Of a stretch of 64,000 bases of DNA, positions 39,356-49,848 are shown piece by piece. The notes under the pieces are model-generated. The model had not been told where the DNA came from and searched no databases. It saw only the letters and a list, made by a program, of their open reading frames with translations. The DNA comes from Thermodesulfobacteriota bacterium. GTDB taxonomy: Bacteria; Desulfobacterota_D; UBA1144; Nemesobacterales; UBA2774. Position 1 is the first letter of the stretch. Each line of letters begins with the position of its first letter. Where the stretch lies: NCBI GenBank assembly GCA_965223335.1, contig OZ244991.1:1632001-1696000 (forward strand), in the 5' to 3' direction. Position numbers and translations under genes: made by a program.

Positions 39356-40648
39356 ATGCAAATAATTAAGCTCAGTAGAGCGGGTCTTGAAAAACAGCTC
39401 GGTAATCTGAGGAGTGGGGTGTCGGTATCCGACCCGGTTCTTGAGACCGCGACACGCAAAATAGTCGATGGTGTAAGAAAATCGGGGGATAAAGCGCTAT
39501 TTAGCTATACGAAAAAGTTCGATAGGTTTGCTGTCACCAAAAAGACTGTCCGGGTCTCTAAAAGAGAGATAGACAAGGCTTTAAACGATATACCGTCAAG
39601 ACTCAGGTCCGATCTCAGGCTTGCTGCAAAGAGGATAAGGGTATTTCACAAAGAGAAACTGCCCAAGGCTAATCTTTTTAAAGATAATCTGGGCAACGAA
39701 CTAGGTTGGCTCATCCGCCCCATTGAAAAAGTGGGGATATATGTGCCGGGGGGCAAGGCCGCATACCCCTCCACTGTGCTCATGACTGCTATTCCTGCAA
39801 AGGTAGCTGGGGTAAAGGAAATAGTTCTTGTAACACCATGTCCCAAAGGGGAAGTTAACCCAGCAGTGCTTGCCGCAGCCTCTATTGCAGGAGTGGACAG
39901 CATATATAAAGTAGGCGGCGCTCAGGCAGTAGCGGCACTCGCGTACGGTGCTGAGTCCGTGCCCAAGGTAGATAAGATAGTCGGACCGGGAAACATATAT
40001 GTAGCAATTGCAAAAAAACTTGTGTTCGGCGAAGTCGATATAGATATGGTTGCGGGCCCGAGCGAGGTTTTGGTAGTAGCTGACGGCAGTGTGCCCCCAA
40101 GCTGGGTGGCTGCGGATCTGTTGGCACAGGCCGAGCATGACGAGATGGCAGTTCCCTCGCTGGTAACTACGTCCCAAAAATATGCAAAAGAGGTCAAAGC
40201 CCAGGTTATATCACAGCTGGAGCAACTTAGCCGCAATAAGATTGCGAGTGCATCGGTAAGGGATCATGGCAAGGCATTTGTGGTGGGGTCTATCGAGCTT
40301 GCATGCGAGGTGGCCAACTACATTGCCCCCGAGCACCTGGAGCTGTGTGTGAAGAACCCAAAAACTATTTTAAAGAAAATAAAACATGCGGGTGCCATAT
40401 TTCTGGGTTCTATGTCAACCGAGGCCTTTGGCGATTATATTGCCGGACCAAGCCATGTGCTTCCTACTGGGGGCGCAGCGCGTTTTTCTTCTCCTCTAGG
40501 TGTGTATGATTTCCTGCGTATGCCAAGTGTGATATCTATTTCGCCTGCAGGTTTCAAGAGGCTAGGGAAATCCGTCATGAACCTTGCCTATAGTGAGGAA
40601 CTCGAGGCCCATGCGCTTTCAGTGGGTGTTAGGCTAGAACAGAAATAG
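39356..40648 (+). CDS. hisD: Histidinol dehydrogenase
   Basis: GIYVPGG, GGAQA, GPGN, AGPSE, QAEH, APEHLE and GPSHVLPT motifs. Confidence 0.98.
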   Translation: MQIIKLSRAGLEKQLGNLRSGVSVSDPVLETATRKIVDGVRKSGDKALFSYTKKFDRFAVTKKTVRVSKREIDKALNDIPSRLRSDLRLAAKRIRVFHKEKLPKANLFKDNLGNELGWLIRPIEKVGIYVPGGKAAYPSTVLMTAIPAKVAGVKEIVLVTPCPKGEVNPAVLAAASIAGVDSIYKVGGAQAVAALAYGAESVPKVDKIVGPGNIYVAIAKKLVFGEVDIDMVAGPSEVLVVADGSVPPSWVAADLLAQAEHDEMAVPSLVTTSQKYAKEVKAQVISQLEQLSRNKIASASVRDHGKAFVVGSIELACEVANYIAPEHLELCVKNPKTILKKIKHAGAIFLGSMSTEAFGDYIAGPSHVLPTGGAARFSSPLGVYDFLRMPSVISISPAGFKRLGKSVMNLAYSEELEAHALSVGVRLEQK

Positions 40649-40660
40649 CGAGCCGGACTG

Positions 40661-41767
40661 ATGAACGCATCCAAGCCAGAAAACAATCGAAATACCGAAT
40701 CACTAGAGACTCTGCTGGATAGGGTAAAAAAAGAGGTGCGCGAGCTAAGTGCTTACAATGTACCCCACATCGACTGCAGTGTTAAGCTCGACGGGAACGA
40801 GAGCCCCTATGGGATGCCCAAAGAGATTGTTGAGAAAGTGGATGCTCTGCTCTCTCAAATAGAAATAAACAGGTATCCCGATGCTAACTGCACTCAGTTA
40901 AAAGAAAAATTATCTAGACTCGTAAACTTTCCTACTGATGGAATCATCTTTGGGAATGGGTCCGATGAGCTGATAGGGATGTTAATTACAACGTTCTGCG
41001 GCAGATCCGGGATTGTGACTATCCCCACACCGACTTTCTCAATGTATAGCCTTACCTCAAAAGCGCTCGGAATGAAAACCTCGGAGATCCCTCTTGATGA
41101 CAAGTTTGATCTCGATCTTGCTGCGATGCTCGAAGATATTCAAACAAACGACCCGGATTTAATATTCCTAGCAAGCCCCAATAACCCAAGCGGCAACATT
41201 TTTTCGGCGGAAAAGATTCTAGAAATCATAAAGGCTTCGGGGGGGATAGTGGTTGTAGACGAGGCTTATGCAGAGTTTGCAGGGCAAGACTTTTTATCCA
41301 GAGTCCGGGAGCATGATAACCTCATTGTGCTAAGGACGTTCTCAAAAGTAGGTTATGCTGGGATTCGTCTCGGGATGCTCTTTGCCAATGAAATCCTAGT
41401 CCATGAGATTAACAAAGTGCGCTACCCCTACAACATCAATTCGCTCAGCCAAGCCGTGGGTGCTGCAGTATTCGAGAACTACAGCTATTTGTCTGATGTA
41501 ATTGAATGCATAGTAGAGGAGAAGCAACGGGTTTTTGAATCGCTCAGAGCCATGGATGGTATAACAGCTTATAGGAGCGACGCCAACTTTATTATGTTTA
41601 AGGTAGGTGATGCCGATAAGCTCTGGTCCGACCTTGTAGAGAGCGATGTATTGATACGAAATTTCAATAAGCCCGGGCGGTTAAGTAACTGTATGCGGGT
41701 TACTATCGGGACGAAAGAGGAAAACGATAAGTTTTTAGAAGCCATAGGGAGATCTCTTCCTTCGTAA
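40661..41767 (+). CDS. hisC: Histidinol-phosphate aminotransferase
   Basis: NESP, GNGSDE, SPNNPSG, VDEAY and RTFSK motifs. Confidence 0.96.
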   Translation: MNASKPENNRNTESLETLLDRVKKEVRELSAYNVPHIDCSVKLDGNESPYGMPKEIVEKVDALLSQIEINRYPDANCTQLKEKLSRLVNFPTDGIIFGNGSDELIGMLITTFCGRSGIVTIPTPTFSMYSLTSKALGMKTSEIPLDDKFDLDLAAMLEDIQTNDPDLIFLASPNNPSGNIFSAEKILEIIKASGGIVVVDEAYAEFAGQDFLSRVREHDNLIVLRTFSKVGYAGIRLGMLFANEILVHEINKVRYPYNINSLSQAVGAAVFENYSYLSDVIECIVEEKQRVFESLRAMDGITAYRSDANFIMFKVGDADKLWSDLVESDVLIRNFNKPGRLSNCMRVTIGTKEENDKFLEAIGRSLPS

Positions 41768-43306
41768 TAAACGTAGAGCTACATATCCCACCCAAATCAA
41801 TAGACAGAGCATCGGGAATAGATACCCTATTCGAGTATAAAGGGTCTTGTTGCCATTCATTAGAGCTACTTCACCCACAAGATTGGTCCGAGTGAATATA
41901 TCCGTTTTTTCGACTACCCGACCCAATGGGTCAATTATGGCGCTAATGCCTGTATTAGTGGAGCGTATAAGGTAGCGTCTGTTCTCTATCGCACGCGGTA
42001 TCGAGATCAATAGATGCTGGTAAGGGGCTATAGTTTTTCCGAACCAGGCATCGTTTGTAATGTTTACAATTAAATTAGCATCTTGATCCACAAACATTCT
42101 GCTATACGACGGTATTATATCCTCGTAGCATATGATGGGTGCTATCCTGAGGCCCAGTTCCTCTATCACAAACTGATTTAGCTCGCTGCCGGGTGTAAAA
42201 TCCCCCGATGCGGGGCTTATCTTCTTTAATGATGGGACATATTTGGTGAAGGGCAGATATTCACCGAACAGTAGGAGCTCTATTTTATGGTACCGTCCCA
42301 TTATCTCGCCGTATGAATCGGTTAAAAAGGCTGTGTTATATTTTGTCAGGTTCTCGTCAATGTATTCCGAAGTGTTGTCCTCGGGGGGCGTGTACGACAT
42401 CCCTCCCACGATGAAATACTTCCCCTCTATGTCGGGTACGGCAATCTCTTCCCTTATGCTCAGGTAGTTGGCATAAGTCGGGAACCAGGCTTGAAGAGCC
42501 GTCTCGGGCCAGATTATAAGTTCCACATCCTCCATCTCCCGAGACATCTGTTTGTGTCTTGCGGTGACTATGCTTTCATCGCTCTCGGTCTTCTCAAGGA
42601 AATCAAAGTTAGCCTGCACCAAACCCACTTTAACTTTATCGGCTTGTGCAATCTGTGCCGAGACCTGTCCGATCCTTATGTAACCGTATGCAAGAACAGA
42701 AATTATTAAAACGATACAGGTGGCGATCTCGTACACAGGCATATGCGTTCGATCTCTAAAGGCCAAAAACATCCTTAAAACCGCCACGTTTACTAACACA
42801 ATAACAAATGTGAGTCCATATACTCCCAGTAGGTCAAAAACCTGTACCAACTGCAGGTAAACGGCCTGGGAATTTGCGAGAGTGTAGGGGAAGAGAAAGG
42901 GGAAAAGATACTCGATTGATGTCCAAATCGCGGCGATCAAAATTGCAGTTAATAGTCCCAATCGGTTGTGGAGGTGTAATCTGGCACTGGCCAGTGAAAA
43001 AAGTGCCACTGCTAACCCGCCGTAGATACTCAAAAACACAATGAATATAAAGCTCACCACCAACGGGAACCCGCCGAATCTGGTTAATGTGCCGATCAGC
43101 CAATATGTCCCTATCATGTTGGATACTGCACCTGCTATAAGGCCCAGTTTGAACGCGTCCCTCCCCGATTTATTGATGAGCGCATATAAAAGGGGAACGA
43201 GCAGTACCCAGGCCAATATGCTCATGTACGGGATCATAAAAGTGACCGGATATAACACACCCGTGATTATAGAGAGGATAATGTCTGTTCGAGTGATCCT
43301 ATTCAT
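41735..43306 (-). CDS. lnt: Apolipoprotein N-acyltransferase
   Basis: TM helices plus nitrilase domain: WPETA, K..L..FGEY.P, ICYE, NDAWFG, RAIE and NTGISA. Confidence 0.96.
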   Translation of the reverse strand: MNRITRTDIILSIITGVLYPVTFMIPYMSILAWVLLVPLLYALINKSGRDAFKLGLIAGAVSNMIGTYWLIGTLTRFGGFPLVVSFIFIVFLSIYGGLAVALFSLASARLHLHNRLGLLTAILIAAIWTSIEYLFPFLFPYTLANSQAVYLQLVQVFDLLGVYGLTFVIVLVNVAVLRMFLAFRDRTHMPVYEIATCIVLIISVLAYGYIRIGQVSAQIAQADKVKVGLVQANFDFLEKTESDESIVTARHKQMSREMEDVELIIWPETALQAWFPTYANYLSIREEIAVPDIEGKYFIVGGMSYTPPEDNTSEYIDENLTKYNTAFLTDSYGEIMGRYHKIELLLFGEYLPFTKYVPSLKKISPASGDFTPGSELNQFVIEELGLRIAPIICYEDIIPSYSRMFVDQDANLIVNITNDAWFGKTIAPYQHLLISIPRAIENRRYLIRSTNTGISAIIDPLGRVVEKTDIFTRTNLVGEVALMNGNKTLYTRIGYLFPMLCLLIWVGYVALRLLRRKRSPYGF

Positions 43307-43417
43307 TGGAGACTAAATGTACCTCTGCCTAACTGCGATTAAAAGGTTAGGATTTGAAGTATAGTTAGTAAGAATTGATATTGATCTGGAGTAATTATTC
43401 TAGATACCGCTATTTAT

Positions 43418-44194
43418 TTAAGCTTTTTTGACCTCGGAAGAGGGCTTTGCTTCGGGGCGTAATGTGTAGAGTTTTATTACCCCGACTGCGATAATGGTGA
43501 TTGCCATCAGCTGTGCAATAGAGAGGTTTGGTATGGGGCTTGGTGTAGTGTTTCTGACAAATTCGATTACAAAACGCTCTAACCCTGCCAGAACTAGATA
43601 CAGTGAGAAAAGCCATCCGGTCGGTTTATCCATTTTGCGCAGTTTCCATATAAGTACGAATACTGCAAACATAATTAAAATTTCATAAATTTGAGTTGGG
43701 TGTACTGTGTCGGTGGTGGGGGGAAGTCCCCTAGGGAAGGCCACAGCCCAAGGTAGGTCCGACGGTATACCGTAGTCATCGCCCACCAGAAAACAGCCCA
43801 TCCGCCCTATCACATAACCCATGGCCAATGACGGTGTAGCGGTGTCGCCTATCTTCCAGAAATTGAGTTTATACCGCCGTCCCAGCAACCACACCAAGAG
43901 TATCGCACCTATGAAACCTCCGTAAAACGTGAGCCCGCCACGAGATAACAGGTGTGTTGCAGGGTGTCTTAGTATTTCTCCGATCGGCACGTTCTCAAAA
44001 AGGTAGAGCAGCTTGGCCCCTACGATCCCACCCACCATGGCCGCCAAAAATAGGTTGCCTATCTGTGTCTCGTCGATCCCTTTGCGCTTTGCTTCCTTTG
44101 TGATAAGCCAGTAACCGACCACAAAGCTCAGCGCCACCATCACACCAAACGATGATATGCTGAAGTTGCCTAATTTGATGAGTTCCGGATACAT
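43418..44194 (-). CDS. lgt: Prolipoprotein diacylglyceryl transferase
   Basis: GL..YGG, GR.GCF..G..YG, HPTQ.YE and RF.IEF.R motifs. Confidence 0.95.
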   Translation of the reverse strand: MYPELIKLGNFSISSFGVMVALSFVVGYWLITKEAKRKGIDETQIGNLFLAAMVGGIVGAKLLYLFENVPIGEILRHPATHLLSRGGLTFYGGFIGAILLVWLLGRRYKLNFWKIGDTATPSLAMGYVIGRMGCFLVGDDYGIPSDLPWAVAFPRGLPPTTDTVHPTQIYEILIMFAVFVLIWKLRKMDKPTGWLFSLYLVLAGLERFVIEFVRNTTPSPIPNLSIAQLMAITIIAVGVIKLYTLRPEAKPSSEVKKA

Positions 44195-44338
44195 CTAGAT
44201 GTCCTTCGATCCGCTCGATTCTATGTTTTCGAGCTCCGACTTAGCTGATTCGCCAGAGGCAATTATAAAATATAGAAGGGTAAATACCACAGCCAAACAC
44301 ACTATCTGTATGATAAACATTACCGTGTAGTCGTCCAT
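44195..44338 (-). CDS. Small single-TM protein (47 aa) abutting lgt
   Basis: Hand-translated MDDYTVMFIIQIVCLAVVFTLLYFIIASGESAKSELENIESSGSKDI; GAGAG upstream; its stop TAG is immediately followed by the lgt ATG. Confidence 0.65.
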   Translation of the reverse strand: MDDYTVMFIIQIVCLAVVFTLLYFIIASGESAKSELENIESSGSKDI

Positions 44339-44433
44339 TTAACTCTCGTCCGTAAATTGCAGGTAAATTATCACGGCTACCCGCATTCAAGCAAATAGCC
44401 GTGAGTTTGATATTAAGTTTGTCTATTTAACAG

Positions 44434-45528
44434 TTATGACCCATCCGCAGCGCTTAGCTTGTTATCTATAGCAGCTTTCAGTTTAGCAACGTCTGCACCC
44501 GGGACCATCAAGCCATTAACGATGAATGTAGGTGTTGAGCGTACACCCACTGTCTGGGCTTCCTGCATCTCTTTGTCTACCCTTGCAGCTACCTCTTCCG
44601 ATTCCAGACAGGTGTTGAATGCCTGCTCGTCAAGCCCAAGGTCTTTGGCAAATGCCTTAAACTGCTCAGTAGCCGTTTCTTCTTTAATCGTGCCCTGGTT
44701 CTCGAACACTACGTCGTGGAACGCCCAGAATTGGTCGTTGCCCTGTTGATAGGCGCATAGTGATGCAATTGAAGCTCCCTTTGCCCATTTGTGTATAGTC
44801 AATGGCAATTGTTTGAACACTACCTTCACCTTGCCGTCATACTCTTTTAGGATCTCGGGCAGGATCTCTTTTCCCTTCTTGCAGAATGGGCACTGGAAAT
44901 CGGAATATTCCACTATGGTTACCACTGCGTCGTCTGCACCTTTAACCGGGATATCCTCTAGCGAGATCTTTTCCATTACCTCTTTGTGTGGGTCAATGGT
45001 GGTGTCTATTACCTGGCCACCAGGGATGATATGTTTCCCATCGGCGCTCACAATCACAGGAAAGGTTTGGCTCATGTAGTTTAGCGTGCCCTGCTTGAGC
45101 CCACTTACCTCTGCGTCCTCGAGATCACTCAATTTCGAGACTTTACCAAATATGACATATTTGCCGTCGTCGCTTACTAGTAGTGGAACCAGTGACGGGC
45201 CCCTTTGAGTGTTTACGGTCAAATTTACTGATTTAAAACCCTGGATCGGGCTAGCATAGTAGCCGTCGGCTGTTATGTTGGTGTCGGGTGGCATGTTGGC
45301 CCCGAACTGTTTTTTAATAAAACCGATTAAGTTGGTTTCCTCTTCTTTGGAAATATCGCCGGTTTTTTCCTGTGCTTGTTCACCCGCAGATGTATCGGTG
45401 TTCTTTGCACTCTGCTCCGCAGTGTCACCCTTCGCTGTGTTTTCTGTGCCCGAGTTGTCCTCTGCGGACTTACACGCAAATGAAACACAGGTAAGCACAA
45501 TCAAAACACCTGTTAAAATCTTCTTCAT
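44434..45528 (-). CDS. DsbA-family thioredoxin-fold lipoprotein
   Basis: Lipobox SFAC; EYSDFQCPFC; GV.STPTF. Confidence 0.92.
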   Translation of the reverse strand: MKKILTGVLIVLTCVSFACKSAEDNSGTENTAKGDTAEQSAKNTDTSAGEQAQEKTGDISKEEETNLIGFIKKQFGANMPPDTNITADGYYASPIQGFKSVNLTVNTQRGPSLVPLLVSDDGKYVIFGKVSKLSDLEDAEVSGLKQGTLNYMSQTFPVIVSADGKHIIPGGQVIDTTIDPHKEVMEKISLEDIPVKGADDAVVTIVEYSDFQCPFCKKGKEILPEILKEYDGKVKVVFKQLPLTIHKWAKGASIASLCAYQQGNDQFWAFHDVVFENQGTIKEETATEQFKAFAKDLGLDEQAFNTCLESEEVAARVDKEMQEAQTVGVRSTPTFIVNGLMVPGADVAKLKAAIDNKLSAADGS

Positions 45529-45710
45529 AGCAACTCCTCCTCAAATTAATTAAGTTTATTGTTATATTTATTTTCTATAGGGAATATTGGGAGCTTCTCA
45601 AGTTTTTGGGCAAGACCGTTTTGGCTTCTCTCTATTGATTTATAAAACTATACCTGACAACTGATAGAACTTGCAGTGTTCTTTAAAAATAGGTAAATTC
45701 ATAGTCCTAA

Positions 45711-46313
45711 ATGTTAACCACTCCTGTGTTGGTTCTCAACCGTTATTTCGTTCCTATCACAATTACTAGTGTTAAAAGGGCTTTTGTAATGCTTTACTGC
45801 GGTGTTGCAAAGGCTGTGGGTGACGATTACGAGACATTCGATTTCGAATCCTGGTCCGAGATCTCAACCTTGCTCGACCAAGAGCACGACGTCATAAAAA
45901 CGGTTAGCACGATCATTAAAACCCCCCGGGTCATTATGTTGGTCAGGTACGAAGGGTTTATCAGGAAAGAGGCTAAATTTAATCGGATCAATATTTTTAG
46001 AAGGGATGGGGGGGCGTGTCAGTACTGCCACAAGAAGTACTCGAGGGCAGAGCTCACGATCGATCATGTTGTGCCCAGGTCACAGGGTGGCAAGAGTGTG
46101 TGGGATAATGTTGTGTGCTGCTGTGTGAAATGTAACAGGAAAAAGGGCGGGCGTACCCCCGTGCAGGCGGGGATGGCGCTTAAAACCAAGCCCAAAAAAC
46201 CGCTTTGGGATCCATTCTCAAATATCTACATCAAGGCTGTTAGGTATAAAGAATGGGAACCGTTTTTAAGTTTTGTCGATATCTCTTACTGGAACGTCGA
46301 GCTCGAGCAATAG
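45711..46313 (+). CDS. HNH endonuclease (McrA-like)
   Basis: VLVLN, RD...CQYC, TIDHVVPRS.GG...W.N...C..CN..KG motifs. Confidence 0.93.
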   Translation: MLTTPVLVLNRYFVPITITSVKRAFVMLYCGVAKAVGDDYETFDFESWSEISTLLDQEHDVIKTVSTIIKTPRVIMLVRYEGFIRKEAKFNRINIFRRDGGACQYCHKKYSRAELTIDHVVPRSQGGKSVWDNVVCCCVKCNRKKGGRTPVQAGMALKTKPKKPLWDPFSNIYIKAVRYKEWEPFLSFVDISYWNVELEQ

Positions 46314-46421
46314 CTCGCGAGGTGTTTTATAAATTTATCTGTTGGATTTAAGAGACTCATTCGATAGATTAATATATTATCCGTTTTCATCCTAACTAAG
46401 TTGAGTATCTGGAGGACATAA

Positions 46422-47684
46422 ATGTTAAAAAGGATTTTTATAATATTTTCATTTGCTCTTCTATCATTTTCATTAAGTTCAGGGGCACAGATTGTTTTAC
46501 CCCCTGTTTCAGGCCCGATAATAGAAAAACTGCCCATAGTCGTAACCAATCTGACCAGTGTTGGGGCAGCTGACCAAAAGGCAGACGAGTTCATAGATGT
46601 GTTTGTGAACGATCTGCGCAACGCTGCATTGTTCGAAGTAAGCACAGGCAATATCTCGGGCACGGGCAGCGATAACATTAATTTCCAGAGTTTATCGACC
46701 AGCGGGGCCGAGTACCTTGTGACCGGGCAGTACCAATCCACAGGAAGCAGGATCAAATTTGCCGTAAGACTCTTTGATGTCAAAGATGGCAAACCGATCC
46801 TGGGCCGCTCCTACGAGGCCAGCTCGGGCAGGGTGCGCGAGGCCGCCCACAGGTTTGCCAACCAGGTGATGAAGGAACTAACAGGCATTGACGGCTTCTT
46901 CACATCCAAGATCGCTTTTGTACTCGGCAGCAAAAGAAACAGGAATCTATTTTTGATGGATTACGACGGATTCAACATACGACAGCTCACCAAACACAGC
47001 TCCTTAATGATGTCGCCTCACTGTTCTCCCAACGGTCAAATGATTGTGTTTAACTCAGATAAGGTTTGGGATCAGGACCTCTACCTTATTACGCTTGGAG
47101 GGAAGGTCACCGAAAAAAGGCTCACCCGTGCATTTAAGCTCGAACAGAGCCCCGAGTGGTCCCCAAGCGGCGGTCAAATTGCTTTTAGCGCAAACGGCGA
47201 TATATATGTAGCCAGTGCCAGCGGTAAGGGTGCCAGGAACCTAACCAGGTCCCGCTCCATCGATGTGTCTCCCACATGGTCTCCCGACGGCAGCAAAATA
47301 GCGTTTGTATCGGACCGCTCCGGATCGCCTCAAATATACGTTATGAGTTTGGGCGGCGGCGGTGCAAAGCGGATCACCTCTGGAGGGTACAGCACCGACC
47401 CCTCGTGGTCACCCAGCAGCGAGGTAAACAGGATCGCATTCGTTAAGGTCGAGGGCAGTGGAGCCAACATATATACGGTCGACCCCTTTGGCGGTAGCGA
47501 GCAGAGGCTTACATCGGGGGCAGGCAGAAACGAAAACCCATCGTGGTCTCCCGACGGGCACTACATTGCGTTTAGCTCGACCCGTGACGCTGCAAAAAAC
47601 ATCTACCTGATGTATCTAAACGGCGAGAATCAGAAGCGGCTTAGCAAAGGGGGCGGCAAATCGTTCCCAACGTGGTGTAAGTAA
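46422..47684 (+). CDS. tolB: Tol-Pal beta-propeller protein TolB
   Basis: TolB N-terminal domain (R..AH.FA......LTG..G.F..KIAFV, MDYDG) plus PD40 repeats (P.WSPDG..IAF). Confidence 0.88.
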   Translation: MLKRIFIIFSFALLSFSLSSGAQIVLPPVSGPIIEKLPIVVTNLTSVGAADQKADEFIDVFVNDLRNAALFEVSTGNISGTGSDNINFQSLSTSGAEYLVTGQYQSTGSRIKFAVRLFDVKDGKPILGRSYEASSGRVREAAHRFANQVMKELTGIDGFFTSKIAFVLGSKRNRNLFLMDYDGFNIRQLTKHSSLMMSPHCSPNGQMIVFNSDKVWDQDLYLITLGGKVTEKRLTRAFKLEQSPEWSPSGGQIAFSANGDIYVASASGKGARNLTRSRSIDVSPTWSPDGSKIAFVSDRSGSPQIYVMSLGGGGAKRITSGGYSTDPSWSPSSEVNRIAFVKVEGSGANIYTVDPFGGSEQRLTSGAGRNENPSWSPDGHYIAFSSTRDAAKNIYLMYLNGENQKRLSKGGGKSFPTWCK

Positions 47685-47741
47685 TATACGCAAGACAATC
47701 GGCAATCGGCCATTCCTACAAAAAGTAAATAGGAGGGTAGA

Positions 47742-48278
47742 GTGAGGCTCTTTGTAGCAGCCGAGCTTAGTGGAGCGGTACGTAAATCTATCGCCGATTA
47801 TATCCACGATATAAGTCCCCTATGGGAGGGGGTGAGATGGGAGCGGGAACACAAGCTCCATATAACACTCAAGTTTTTAGGCAATGTCGAGCACTCCGTT
47901 GCAAAATCAGCCAGTGCTATAGTGGGGAATATTACAAAAGAGCACAGCGTGATGAATATGAGAAGCACGGGGCTTGGAGGGTTTCCAAATCTAAAACGGC
48001 CGCGTGTGCTCTACATAGGACTGTCAGAGAATCAGCATTTAGCCAAACTCCATAGTGATCTGGAAAACGGGTTAGAGCAAGCGGGTTTCGAAAAAGAAAA
48101 ACGCATATTCACACCCCACGTAACTATAGGAAGGGTGAAAAATAGAGCCCTTATTAAAGGCGATATAATAACTATGGATGAGGTCGAATTCGATATTACA
48201 AATATAGCAGTTGTCGAGAGCAAGCTTTCAAACAGCGGCTCCGAATATACAAATTTAGCGCAATTTAATTTGGAATAG
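47742..48278 (+). CDS. thpR: RNA 2',3'-cyclic phosphodiesterase
   Basis: MRLFVA, HITLKFLG and PHVTIGR (two HxT motifs). Confidence 0.93.
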   Translation: MRLFVAAELSGAVRKSIADYIHDISPLWEGVRWEREHKLHITLKFLGNVEHSVAKSASAIVGNITKEHSVMNMRSTGLGGFPNLKRPRVLYIGLSENQHLAKLHSDLENGLEQAGFEKEKRIFTPHVTIGRVKNRALIKGDIITMDEVEFDITNIAVVESKLSNSGSEYTNLAQFNLE

Positions 48279-48340
48279 TTGTAAAACCGAATACCTCCGT
48301 TAATCCGTATACTATATAAACACTCAGTCGAGGTAATAAT

Positions 48341-48892
48341 ATGAAAACATCCACTAAATTGGCTTTAGCCGTACTGACGATACTGGTCCTGGGCTATGTT
48401 TATACTGCTTTTATAACCCCTGTGTCTGCGGATTCCGATCCCCCCAGTTATTCAAAACACCTTGATAGTATCGATTACGATAGCGAAGACTGGAGGTCCA
48501 AGGACAGTACATACTGGAAAAAGGTGCTCACAAAAAAACAGTACGAGGTCTGCAGGCAGGGCGGCACAGAGTACCCGTTCACTGGTTACTACAATAAATT
48601 TTATGAAGATGGTGTATATAGATGCTCAAGCTGTGGAAATGAGCTATTTTCGTCCGATACAAAGTTCGATTCACGGACCGGGTGGCCGAGCTTTTGGGAT
48701 CAAATCAGCCCCGAAGCCATAGAGCTTAAGACCGACACGTCTCATGGTATGGTTCGTACAGAGATTGTGTGCGGCAGGTGCGGTGCACACCTAGGCCACG
48801 TGTTTGAGGACGGCCCCAAACCCACAGGCAAGAGGTACTGTGTTAACTCGGTTTGCCTTCTACACACCGAACCCGTCAGTGCAAAAAAGTAA
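48341..48892 (+). CDS. msrB: Methionine-R-sulfoxide reductase with N-terminal export signal
   Basis: GTE.PF, CSSC, GWPSF, CGRC.AHLGHVF.DGP and RYCVNS motifs. Confidence 0.95.
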   Translation: MKTSTKLALAVLTILVLGYVYTAFITPVSADSDPPSYSKHLDSIDYDSEDWRSKDSTYWKKVLTKKQYEVCRQGGTEYPFTGYYNKFYEDGVYRCSSCGNELFSSDTKFDSRTGWPSFWDQISPEAIELKTDTSHGMVRTEIVCGRCGAHLGHVFEDGPKPTGKRYCVNSVCLLHTEPVSAKK

Positions 48893-49163
48893 TATTAACC
48901 AATCATTTTCGGGCATCTCCATATCTCTTTAAACTTTGATCTGGATAAAATAATCTTTTAGACTCGTGGCTATGGGTCATAGTACTGTCATATTGTTATT
49001 ATTTATACGCCTTATTGGAATCCAAAGAGGAATGAAATCATCTATAGCTTAAGAGTGAGGGTTGAGAATTCTGAGTTTTGCTAAATTGTGCGCAACGTAT
49101 TAATAAGTACAATTGGATTCTGTGAGATACGGTTAACAAAATCTTGAGAGAGGGTAATAAATT

Positions 49164-49808
49164 ATGCTAAAGATATATGGGTCCCCGGTTTCACCCCCTA
49201 CAAATAAGGTAAGGTTTGTGTCTAATGCACTCGGGCTCGAGCATGAGTTTGTCCGGGTCAATCTCGCCCAGGGCGAACATAAGACCGAAGATTTCCTTGC
49301 ACTCAACCCTGTCGGTAAAGTACCTGTTATACAGGATGACGATGTTGTGCTCTTTGAGAGCAATGCCATTACTAAATACCTGGCACAAAAAACAGGTTCG
49401 TCACTTTACCCCACAGACATGGTCCAGAGGGCCCATGTAGATAAGTGGATTGATTATTCATCTCTACATATAGGGAGCTGTGTAAACAGTCTTTTTTTCA
49501 ATAGAGTGTTAGCCCCGTTTTTTCAGGTAGAACCCGATCAAAGAGCGCTCGAGGAAAACCAGGGATTCCTGGAACGTTTTCTACCTGTAGTAGAGGGCCA
49601 ATTATCGAATAACAGTTTTTTATGTGGCGACAATATGACTCTCGCGGATTATAACCTCTTTGCTATTTTGGATGTAGCAGAGGTTTCTGGACTCGATTTA
49701 TCGCCCTATCCCAAGCTCGTAGCCTGGCGTAACGGTCTGCAAACAAAAGAGTTTTACACTAAATGTCATGAGAACTATGCCCAGGCATTAAAGGCGGTAA
49801 CAGGATAA
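49164..49808 (+). CDS. Glutathione S-transferase
   Basis: NP.GKVP, ESNAI..YL and TLAD motifs. Confidence 0.93.
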   Translation: MLKIYGSPVSPPTNKVRFVSNALGLEHEFVRVNLAQGEHKTEDFLALNPVGKVPVIQDDDVVLFESNAITKYLAQKTGSSLYPTDMVQRAHVDKWIDYSSLHIGSCVNSLFFNRVLAPFFQVEPDQRALEENQGFLERFLPVVEGQLSNNSFLCGDNMTLADYNLFAILDVAEVSGLDLSPYPKLVAWRNGLQTKEFYTKCHENYAQALKAVTG

Positions 49809-49848
49809 TAAAAATATAATATAAATTCTGTTTGAGTTACGGGAACAA

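Noticed and set aside
45711..46313. HNH nuclease as a defence system or mobile element
   Set aside because: Stand-alone member of a widespread family; no methylase, repeats or mobility genes nearby.
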